From NCBI GenBank assembly GCA_963667035.1, contig OY762964.1:864001-928000 (forward strand): a stretch of DNA of 64,000 nucleotides, in the 5' to 3' direction. This document shows positions 9,893 to 18,137 of this stretch, piece by piece. Within the stretch, counting starts at the first letter, position 1. Each line of letters begins with the position of its first letter. The notes beneath the pieces were generated by a model. The model was not told the origin of the DNA. It saw only the letters and a list, made by a program, of their open reading frames with translations, and made no database searches. This DNA comes from Candidatus Cloacimonadales bacterium. GTDB lineage: Bacteria > Cloacimonadota > Cloacimonadia > Cloacimonadales > JAFGVF01. The position numbers were made by a program, and so were the translations under genes.

Positions 9893-11269
9893 ATGAAACA
9901 AGTCGGTTTTAAATTTCCTTCAGAGATACGCCAAACTGCTCTAACTCGTGTTGAAGAGGAGTGGTACTTACCTACTCTTGCAAAAAAGCTCGGTAGAGAG
10001 ATAACCCCGGTTAAGAGAAGTAATTTTGGCGAATATGACATGGCAGTACATTACTTAACAACTGTTCTTGAAGAAGCTAAGGCAGTGGAAAAAGTAGCTG
10101 TTTATAATATTGATCATATGGCTCAAATAAGATTTACAGGTAAAGATGCTCTTGCTCTTCTGGACAGAGTACTTCCGGCTAATGTTGAATCCATGAAAAT
10201 AGGTCAGTGTAAATATACACTTCTTCTCAATGAGAAGGGTGGAGTTCAGGATGACTTGATTATCATGAGAGTTGCCGAGGATGATTTCATTCTCGTTATT
10301 AATGCAGGTCACGATTTAACTGATACCGTTGACGGTGTTGAATACATCGCTGATGTCGATAGAATACTTGCTCACAAGAAAGAGGATGAAGATGTTGTTG
10401 CAGAAGACATCTCAGATAAACTCGTTAAGATAGATGTACAAGGACCTTACTCATATAAACTTCTTAAGACTCTTTACGGTCAAGATGTACTTAGAAATCG
10501 TAATAAACCTGATAAGAACATGGGATTCTTCTCATTTAATGAGTTCGATTATGAAGGTAACCATTACTTTATAAGTCGTACTGGATACACTAACAGATGG
10601 GGTTGGGAACTCTATGTTCCGGTTGAAGTTGCTGAAGAACAATTTAAGAGAATCGTATCTGAAGCTTTGGATTTAGGTGGTTTACTAGTAGGTTTAGGCG
10701 GAAGAGATGAGAATCGCTTATCTGCAGGTAATGTAGGTCTTCCTTTAATGGGACAGGAATATACACCGGGTATGACTCCAACAAATGCACCGTTGTTTAA
10801 CGCTGCCTTTGATCTTGATTCAGAGTTTGTCGGTAAAGAAGCTATCATTAATGATATTAAATCAGGTACAGATAAGAGAATGGTACTTGTTATCAGCGAA
10901 GGTATAGCAACTCACAGAGCAGTATATAAAGATGGGGTAAGACTTGGAGAAGTTACGTCAAGTATCAATTCACCTAATGTTTCTCAAGAGAAGAGAGAGT
11001 TTATCGGCTCTACTCGTAAGAGTGTTAATGGGGAAGAAGGCGTTGCGGCAATCGGTTTGGCTTGGCTTGCTAATAATCCTTATAACGTTGATGAAGAAGG
11101 AAACGATATCATAACCGATGGTGATAAACCAATCAGAATATATGTCGATTTCTATAAAGAGGACGAAGACGGTAATCCTAAAGGAAAACCTATGAAGGGT
11201 TACATCTCCGCTGACGGTGTTACACCTGCGACAGCTCCTAAAGCCCTTAAGAATATCGAGAAACTATAG
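9893..11269 (+). CDS. gcvT: Aminomethyltransferase (glycine cleavage T protein family)
   Basis: IDHMAQI, CKYTLLLNEKGGVQDDLI, VINAG, VQGP and SRTGYT motifs. Confidence 0.85.
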   Translation: MKQVGFKFPSEIRQTALTRVEEEWYLPTLAKKLGREITPVKRSNFGEYDMAVHYLTTVLEEAKAVEKVAVYNIDHMAQIRFTGKDALALLDRVLPANVESMKIGQCKYTLLLNEKGGVQDDLIIMRVAEDDFILVINAGHDLTDTVDGVEYIADVDRILAHKKEDEDVVAEDISDKLVKIDVQGPYSYKLLKTLYGQDVLRNRNKPDKNMGFFSFNEFDYEGNHYFISRTGYTNRWGWELYVPVEVAEEQFKRIVSEALDLGGLLVGLGGRDENRLSAGNVGLPLMGQEYTPGMTPTNAPLFNAAFDLDSEFVGKEAIINDIKSGTDKRMVLVISEGIATHRAVYKDGVRLGEVTSSINSPNVSQEKREFIGSTRKSVNGEEGVAAIGLAWLANNPYNVDEEGNDIITDGDKPIRIYVDFYKEDEDGNPKGKPMKGYISADGVTPATAPKALKNIEKL

Positions 11270-11292
11270 AAATAGTATTGTTATTATATATG

Positions 11293-11321
11293 AGCCTGTT
11301 GATTATTCGACAGGCTTTTTT
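11293..11321 (+). terminator. Terminator after gcvT
   Basis: AGCCTGTTGA/TCGACAGGCT plus T run. Confidence 0.8.
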
Positions 11322-11322
11322 A

Positions 11323-11472
11323 ATTAGTCGGTACGCGGACATCCTTGTCCGCATATCTTTAGGTGCACGGACATCTTGTCCGCATGTTTTTGGAACGCGG
11401 ACATCCTTGTCCGCACATGCATTTGATTTAAATCAAAGCCTGCAGGATGCAGGCGTACCCGGTGTACCCGGT
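11323..11472 (+). repeat. REP-like cluster copy 1 (three GGWACGCGGACATC(C)TTGTCCGC hairpin units)
   Basis: About 150-bp direct repeat of 11867-12015; GC-rich hairpins. Confidence 0.9.
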
Positions 11473-11654
11473 GTAGTGCAAGAGCCCTCTCTTGCACATA
11501 GCTCAAGGAGCTATGATTACAATCTAGAATCTCAGCTTAATTATAAGTGTAGTACAGCATCATTTAATTCTATCAAAAGATGTAGACAGTGGTACTACCA
11601 GTTAGTTACGCTATATTTGTGTCCCTTTTTCTTTCTCTCACTGCTAAAGTTATC

Positions 11655-11752
11655 AACGCACTGCGTTTGCACTGTGCAGACACTATGATCACGGTGTCAA
11701 CCCACTGTTTCAGTGCGTGCACACTGCATTCACAGTGGATAAGCAGTGCGTT
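11655..11752. repeat. 11-bp-phased CASTG array, copy 1
   Basis: CASTG-like motifs at 11659, 11670, 11681, 11692, 11703, 11711, 11722, 11733 and 11744. Confidence 0.8.
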
Positions 11753-11866
11753 AAATGCGTATTATTTAATAGTTCGCAGCAACCGAATTGAATCTGTGAA
11801 ATATCAAGAATTTCTATGTATTCATCTTTATTGACGATGAATATTGGATTTATTTATAGAGGTATC

Positions 11867-12015
11867 ATTAGTCGGTACGCGGACATCTTGTCCGCATATA
11901 TTAGGAACGCAAGCATCCTTGCTCGCATATCTTTAGGAACGCGGACATCCTGTCCGCACATGCATTTGATTTAATTCAAAGCCTGCAAGATGCAGGCGTA
12001 CCCGGTGTACCCGGT
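11867..12015 (+). repeat. REP-like cluster copy 2
   Basis: Direct repeat of 11323-11472. Confidence 0.9.
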
Positions 12016-12023
12016 ATGGTTGC

Positions 12024-12168
12024 AATCCTAAATGGATTACCTAATAATAGCCATAGGTCTCAACCTATGGAAAAGATACACCCTTATTATTGGGAGGGGT
12101 CATCGAGTATTCGTTTTAACAACCATGCATTTCATACAGGACTACTCATAGTTTATCCCGTCGGGATA
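12024..12168. repeat. Partial modular palindromic repeat
   Basis: Shares ACCTAATAATAGCCATAGG..CCTATGG with copies A-C and AACCATGCATTTCATAC with 16816-16885. Confidence 0.75.
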
Positions 12169-12234
12169 TAGACCTATTTGACTTGATTTCCTCTCCAATC
12201 TCATGATTCTCGCATGACAAATAAACACATCAAT

Positions 12235-12320
12235 CATGCAAGACTCTTGCATAACCCTTGCATAAATCCTGCATAATTATGTAAGAGAGTTGTAAGATTC
12301 TTGTAAGTTGGTTGTAAGCC
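12235..12320. repeat. 11-bp-phased TGCA/TGTAAG dyad array
   Basis: Motifs at 12237, 12248, 12259, 12270 and then 12280, 12291, 12302, 12313. Confidence 0.8.
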
Positions 12321-12555
12321 TTCTGTGCTTGTTGGTCGAGTGGGATTCGGGGGAGAAAAGGGATAAAATAGTGTTGGCAAGTTACCCTTAAAAGTATCCA
12401 CCCTAGGGAGGTCAAAGTTTTACCAAAAAAATACTACGTAAACTACATGATGCAATATCATCAGAGAAAGATGAACAAAGTAAAGGAGAAGAGCTTACAA
12501 AAGATTCATCAAGGAATAAAAGAAAGATAATTAGAATATTTCCATTTTATATTAG

Positions 12556-12870
12556 TTCAACCCCTTCAGGGTTGCGGTTTTTTGGGGGGCATTTCCCATG
12601 CACGCAAGCGTACATGGCTATTTATATTCAGCACCTCCAGTGCTGATAACAATAATTCCGTCAGGGATAACTCCTAATAATTGTTAATCCTAAAGGGATT
12701 ACCTAATAATAGCCATAGGTTTTAACCTATGGAAAAGGAAACCACAACAATTATCGACCCTACATGGGTTGCACAGGAATAACCATGAAAGGTTTCAATA
12801 TGAATAGCCTTGAATGCAATTCGGGTAGTATGACAAGAATATGTTTCAAACCCGAACGATGGTTGAATTT
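12556..12870 (+). repeat. About 315-bp modular multi-hairpin repeat, copy A
   Basis: Shared blocks CCCATGCACGCAAGCGTACATGGCTAT, GCCATAGGTTTYAACCTATGG and CGACCCTACATGGGT. Confidence 0.9.
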
Positions 12871-13033
12871 ATCTATGAAATCCGATCACGCCTGATCGGA
12901 TTATTGGCAGTTTAGGATTGCATCGACTATGTCGATGTACATTGACACAGTCAATGTACTGCTAAAGTGTTTAAACAGAATTTGTTGCTAATCATTATGG
13001 GTCGGGATAATAGGTTCTTAAATCAACAATTGG

Positions 13034-13345
13034 GCAACCCCGCTAAGTTTGAGTTTTTCGTGAACTCTTGCCCATGCACGCAAGCGTACATGGCTATTCA
13101 TATTCAGCACCTACAGTGCTGAGAACAATAATCCTGTCGGGATAATTCCTGCCAATTGTTAATCCTAAAGGGATTACCTAATAATAGCCATAGGTTTCAA
13201 CCTATGGAAAAGGAAACCCCAACAAGAATCGACCCTACATGGGTCGCACAGGAATAACCATGTAAGGTTTCAATATGAATAGCCCTGAATGTAAATTGGG
13301 GATTACGACAAGAATATGCTTCAACCCCAAACGATGGTTGAATTT
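13034..13345 (+). repeat. About 315-bp modular multi-hairpin repeat, copy B
   Basis: Collinear with copies A and C. Confidence 0.9.
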
Positions 13346-13531
13346 GTTTATATAAATTGATTACACTAGACCTATGTATAACCATATTCAACCTACATTA
13401 AGGTCGGTCATCGAGGGAGGAACGTTGTAAAATGTTAGCTAATATTGCTATGAGACTTTTGTTGTTGACATTAAAAATCTAATACCTTTTTAATGTTTGA
13501 TAGAAATTGTTATTGATTAATGAGGTGCAAT

Positions 13532-16447
13532 ATGGGGAAAAAAGAGATTAAAACAATTGATGATTTAAGAGAACTTAGTAAACAGATTGATGTATTATAT
13601 AATCTAGGGAAAGAATCTGAAGGTTTAGATTTACTAAATTATGCTTTAGAACAATCCAAAGATATCGATGAAGCATATCACCTCTTCTTTCAAGGAGAAC
13701 TAGAAGGTTATGTAAACAGTGACCATGAAAAACGATTACAACTGTTTAGTGATGCATGTAAAATCGCTAAAGATGATTTTTTCTTGTTAAGAAATAAGGG
13801 TGCCAGTCTTTCGGTACTTGGAAAGATGGAAGAAGCCATTGAGTGTTTTGACAAAGCTTTAGAACTCAATCCTAAGGATTATAATGCATTTAGACAGAAG
13901 GGTGTCAGTCTTTCGGTACTTGGAAAGATGGAAGAAGCCATTGAGTGTTTTGACAAAGCTTTAGAACTCAATCCTAAGGATTATAATGCATTTAGAAGTA
14001 AGGGTGTCAGTCTTTCTAATCTTAACCGTGAAGAAGAAGCAATTGAGTATTATGACAAAGCCATAGAACTCAACCTTAAGGATTATAATGCATTTAGACA
14101 GAAGGGTGTCAGTCTTTCGGTACTTGGAAAGATGGAAGAAGCCATTGAGTGTTTTGACAAAGCTTTAGAACTCAATCCTAAGGATTATAATGCATTTAGA
14201 AGTAAGGGTGTCAGTCTTTCTAATCTTAACCGTGAAGAAGAAGCAATTGAGTATTATGACAAAGCCATAGAACTCAACCTTAAGGATTATAATGCATTTA
14301 GACAGAAGGGTGTCAGTCTTTCTTATCTTAACCGTGAAGAAGAAGCAATTGAGTATTATGACAAAGCCATAGAACTCAATCCTAAGGATTATGATGCTTT
14401 TAGACAGAAGGGTGTCAGTCTTTCAATACTTGGAAAGATGGAAGAAGCAATTGAGTATTATGACAAAGCCATAGAACTCAATCCTAAGGATTATGATGCT
14501 TTTAGAGGTAAGGGTGTCAGTCTTTCTAAGCTTAACCGTGAAGAAGAAGCAATTGAGTATTATGACAAAGCCATAGAACTCAATCCTAAAGATGCATTTG
14601 CTTTTAGAAGTAAGGGTATCAGTCTTTCTAATCTTAACCGTGAAGAAGAAGCAATTGAGTATTATGACAAAGCCATAGAACTCAATCCTAAGGATTATGA
14701 TGCTTTTAGAAGTAAGGGTGTCAGTCTTTCTAAGCTTAACCGTGAAGAAGAAGCAATTGAGTATTATGACAAAGCCATAGAACTCAATCCTAAGGATTAT
14801 GATGCTTTTAGAGGTAAGGGTGTCAGTCTTGGAAAACTTGGAAGGCTTGAAGCATCTATAGTAGAGTTCGACAAAGCCATAGAACTCAATCCTAAAGATG
14901 CATTTGCTTTTAGAAGTAAGGGTATCAGTCTTTCTAAGCTTAACCGTGAAGAAGAAGCAATTGAGTATTTTTACAGAGCTTTAGAGCTCAATCCTAAGGA
15001 TTATGATTCTCTTTTGTTTTTAGGTAATATCCAATACAGACAAGGTAAATATGAGCATGCTAAGCAGCTATTCAACAGGGCTAAACAAACTGCTAAGTAT
15101 AATGATAGTAGAAGTGAATTGAAGCAGTGGGTTCAATTCATGCTAAAAGGGATTGATGCAAAACTACATGATTCATCACAAAAAAATGAAATCGATATAA
15201 AAGATGTAATACATTCAGCTCAGAAAGCAATGAAATATGAATTCAGTGGTTTTAAGAAAAATATGAAGGAGACAGAAGAACTACTAGATTGTTTCATCAC
15301 AGATCAGCCACAATCTAAGTATGAACAGAGTCTGCTATTTACTTTAAGGAAATGGAATTCTTACACTCCAATTTTACCTATGGATAATGGTGAAAGATCA
15401 ATCGGTGGCGGATACTTTATCACGCATCACGGAGAAGGTATAGTAATAGACCCGGGGTTTAACTTCATTGAAAACTTTTGTAATGCAGGATTTGTTCTTA
15501 AAGATATCAATAAAATTATCATTACACATGGACATAATGACCATACAGGTGATTTGGAGTCTCTACTGACATTGTTTTATAAATTGAATGATTTTGATAA
15601 TAATGAGGTTAAGAAACAGAGAGTAGAACTTTACATGAATTTGGGCTCATTTCAAAAATTTGCTGGATTTTTAAACTTAAAAAGTACAAGTTTCATCAAT
15701 AAAATAGTTGTCATAAGCGAGAAGATGTCTATAGAAATCGCTGAAGGGCTAATCATGAATGTACTTCCTGCTTACCACGATGAAATAGTATGTAGAGATT
15801 ATGCTGTTGGCTTGGAGTTTGAGTTTCACTTTAATAATGCCAAATCTAAATCTATTGTTCTTACATCTGATACAGGATATTATCCATCAGATAAAAATGG
15901 TATCTCAAGTACAAAAGATAAAGATGCACTTAGTAGTAGGTACGGTTTTGATGAGGGAAAAGAAATAGATTTGCTAATTCTGCATCTTGGCTCAATAAAA
16001 GAAAGTGAGATTGAGTTAGAAAAAGAATTGAAGGAAGTATTCTATCCTAATCATCTGGGGTTCTTAGGCACATCATGTATGATGTCAAAACTCAAACCTA
16101 AAGTTTCTGTGATTTCTGAATTTGGGGAAGAGTTGAAAAAATTCAGAAAACCCTTAATGGACTTATTTAAAGAAGTTATGAAAGAGCTTGATATTGATGT
16201 AAGACTTTTACCTGCAGATCTCACATTTGTTTATGATATTGAGAACGCAAAATTATATAGTGTTTTGGATGAGAAAAAAGAACCAATAAGTAATATGGAC
16301 TATGATTATATTGAAGACACTAATACTTTTTATTACTATAGCAAAGAATCTAAAAAGAGTATAGCTAATTTACAAAGTAAGGGAGAGAAGTTTATGTCAG
16401 ATCGAAAAACAAAAGGTTTTTACCTAAAACAAGAAAAGGTTAAATAG
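13532..16447 (+). CDS. TPR-array protein with C-terminal metallo-beta-lactamase-fold hydrolase
   Basis: Twelve near-identical 34-aa TPRs plus one degenerate; IDPG and THGHNDH (HxHxDH) motifs; GAGGTG RBS before ATG 13532. Confidence 0.9.
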   Translation: MGKKEIKTIDDLRELSKQIDVLYNLGKESEGLDLLNYALEQSKDIDEAYHLFFQGELEGYVNSDHEKRLQLFSDACKIAKDDFFLLRNKGASLSVLGKMEEAIECFDKALELNPKDYNAFRQKGVSLSVLGKMEEAIECFDKALELNPKDYNAFRSKGVSLSNLNREEEAIEYYDKAIELNLKDYNAFRQKGVSLSVLGKMEEAIECFDKALELNPKDYNAFRSKGVSLSNLNREEEAIEYYDKAIELNLKDYNAFRQKGVSLSYLNREEEAIEYYDKAIELNPKDYDAFRQKGVSLSILGKMEEAIEYYDKAIELNPKDYDAFRGKGVSLSKLNREEEAIEYYDKAIELNPKDAFAFRSKGISLSNLNREEEAIEYYDKAIELNPKDYDAFRSKGVSLSKLNREEEAIEYYDKAIELNPKDYDAFRGKGVSLGKLGRLEASIVEFDKAIELNPKDAFAFRSKGISLSKLNREEEAIEYFYRALELNPKDYDSLLFLGNIQYRQGKYEHAKQLFNRAKQTAKYNDSRSELKQWVQFMLKGIDAKLHDSSQKNEIDIKDVIHSAQKAMKYEFSGFKKNMKETEELLDCFITDQPQSKYEQSLLFTLRKWNSYTPILPMDNGERSIGGGYFITHHGEGIVIDPGFNFIENFCNAGFVLKDINKIIITHGHNDHTGDLESLLTLFYKLNDFDNNEVKKQRVELYMNLGSFQKFAGFLNLKSTSFINKIVVISEKMSIEIAEGLIMNVLPAYHDEIVCRDYAVGLEFEFHFNNAKSKSIVLTSDTGYYPSDKNGISSTKDKDALSSRYGFDEGKEIDLLILHLGSIKESEIELEKELKEVFYPNHLGFLGTSCMMSKLKPKVSVISEFGEELKKFRKPLMDLFKEVMKELDIDVRLLPADLTFVYDIENAKLYSVLDEKKEPISNMDYDYIEDTNTFYYYSKESKKSIANLQSKGEKFMSDRKTKGFYLKQEKVK
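13778..15001 (+). repeat. Twelve tandem 102-bp TPR-coding repeats
   Basis: Recurring GACAAAGC..TAGAACTCAATCCTAAGGAT at 102-bp spacing. Confidence 0.97.
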
Positions 16448-16456
16448 TTGATGCAA

Positions 16457-16885
16457 TCCAATCCCTTTAGGGTTGCAGTTTATTTTGGGGGTAACTTCCC
16501 ATGCACGCAAGCGTACATGGCTATTCATATTCAGCACCTACAGTGCTGAGAGCAATAATTCCGTCGGGATAATTCCTTACAATTGTTAATCCTGAAGGGA
16601 TTACCTAATAATAGCCATAGGTTTCAACCTATGGAAAAGGAATCCACAACAAGAATCGACCCTACATGGGTCGCACAAGAATTTACCCTGAAAAGGGTTA
16701 CATTTGAGTAGCCCCGAATGCAATTCGGGGTCATGATACCCGAATCCATATCAACCCCAACGGTGGTTGAATTTATTAATGTAACTCGATCACCCTTGAT
16801 TGAAGTGTAAAAATATTCGACCCACTTTGGGGTCGGTTGCCGTTGGTGTATTAGTAACCATGCATTTCATACATGGCTACTCATA
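16457..16885 (+). repeat. Modular multi-hairpin repeat copy C (16457-16774) plus extra module (16816-16885)
   Basis: Collinear with copies A and B; starts about 10 bp after the TPR-MBL stop codon. Confidence 0.9.
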
Positions 16886-16967
16886 TTTAATCCCTTTGGG
16901 ATAAGGATATTATTCCCACCTCCTCTTTTCTCTTGACACTATCAAACCCTCTAAAACTGTTTAAGCT

Positions 16968-18137
16968 ATGGAAATAACAGTCAAAAAATTCGGTGGGACT
17001 TCGGTTGCCGGCATAGAGAAGATAAAACGAATAGCACAAAACCTTGCTGATGCAAAGCGTCGAGGGGAGAACATTGTGACCGTAGTATCGGCTATGGGTA
17101 AGACGACTGATAACCTTACCAGACTAGCTTATAAAGTAACCGGTAATCCCGGAAAAAGAGAAATGGACATGCTACTCACTGCCGGTGAGAGAATAAGTAT
17201 GTCACTACTTTCCATTGCACTACAAGACCTTGGAGTTGAGTCTATCTCATTTACCGGTTCACAGAGCGGGATTATTACCAATTGTAATCACGGTAATGCC
17301 AGAATACTGGATGTGAAAGCTTTTCGTATAAGAGAGGAGCTTGAAAAGGGAAAACTTGTGATTGTTGCCGGATTTCAAGGAGTAAGCGGACAAAAAGAGG
17401 TTACAACTCTGGGCAGAGGAGGCTCGGATACAACCGCTGTTGCACTTGCTGCTTATCTGGGAGCAAAACATTGTGAGATTTATACCGATGTTGACGGGAT
17501 TTATACCACTGATCCGCGTTATAATGATAATGCCGAATGTTTGAAACAAATTGACTATGGTAGCTGCATTGCATTAGCTGCCAGAGGAGCTCAGGTTATA
17601 CATCCGAGAGCTGTAGAATTTGCAAGCATTTACGGTATTGACGTTGAAGTGAAATCTTCATTCACATTCAGTGTGGGAACAATGATAGGAGATAGCGAAG
17701 AAATGGAAGAACGTAAAATAACAGCTTTAACCTCCAGAGAGGATTTGTTAGCAGTAACGATAGATTGTGAAGAGCTTTACGGACGTATCATAGAAAAGAT
17801 TGGCTTTGAGCTCTTTGCCTATCAGATTGATAAAGGCAATCTGATTCTGTTTCTTGAAGATAAATATGAGAGTGAACTGGTTGATATTCTTAGTAAGCTT
17901 GAATGTCAGCCCTGTTTGATGCAAAGAAATATAAGTTGTATCACAGTAGTTGGGGCAGGTATTCAATCTAATCTGATATTGGTTAGAGAGCTACTCGAAC
18001 TATTCAAAGAAGAACAAGAAACCCTGCTATACATGAACACACCGATTAACGGAATCTCCTTTTACATTGAGAGTGAGAAAATTACTGATTTAGTATCTGA
18101 TATTCATAATAGATTTATAGAAACCAAGGATAAATAG
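16968..18137 (+). CDS. lysC: Aspartate kinase
   Basis: KKFGGTSV, VVSAMGKTTD and TLGRGGSDTTA motifs. Confidence 0.95.
   Translation: MEITVKKFGGTSVAGIEKIKRIAQNLADAKRRGENIVTVVSAMGKTTDNLTRLAYKVTGNPGKREMDMLLTAGERISMSLLSIALQDLGVESISFTGSQSGIITNCNHGNARILDVKAFRIREELEKGKLVIVAGFQGVSGQKEVTTLGRGGSDTTAVALAAYLGAKHCEIYTDVDGIYTTDPRYNDNAECLKQIDYGSCIALAARGAQVIHPRAVEFASIYGIDVEVKSSFTFSVGTMIGDSEEMEERKITALTSREDLLAVTIDCEELYGRIIEKIGFELFAYQIDKGNLILFLEDKYESELVDILSKLECQPCLMQRNISCITVVGAGIQSNLILVRELLELFKEEQETLLYMNTPINGISFYIESEKITDLVSDIHNRFIETKDK

Noticed and set aside
12400..12555. Purine-rich coding-like stretch
   Set aside because: It may be a gene remnant, but it has no start, RBS or recognisable motif.
11278..13391. 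Short ORFs (11278, 11324, 11589, 12230, 13197)
   Set aside because: They run through palindromic or phased repeats, lack a convincing RBS and have no protein-like motifs.
13778..15001. Diversity-generating retroelement acting on the TPR array
   Set aside because: There is no reverse transcriptase or template repeat in the window, and the variation is not adenine-specific.
11323..16885. CRISPR array or integron attC interpretation of the repeats
   Set aside because: There is no constant repeat with unique equal-length spacers, no cas genes and no integron integrase. The 102-bp repeats are coding TPRs.
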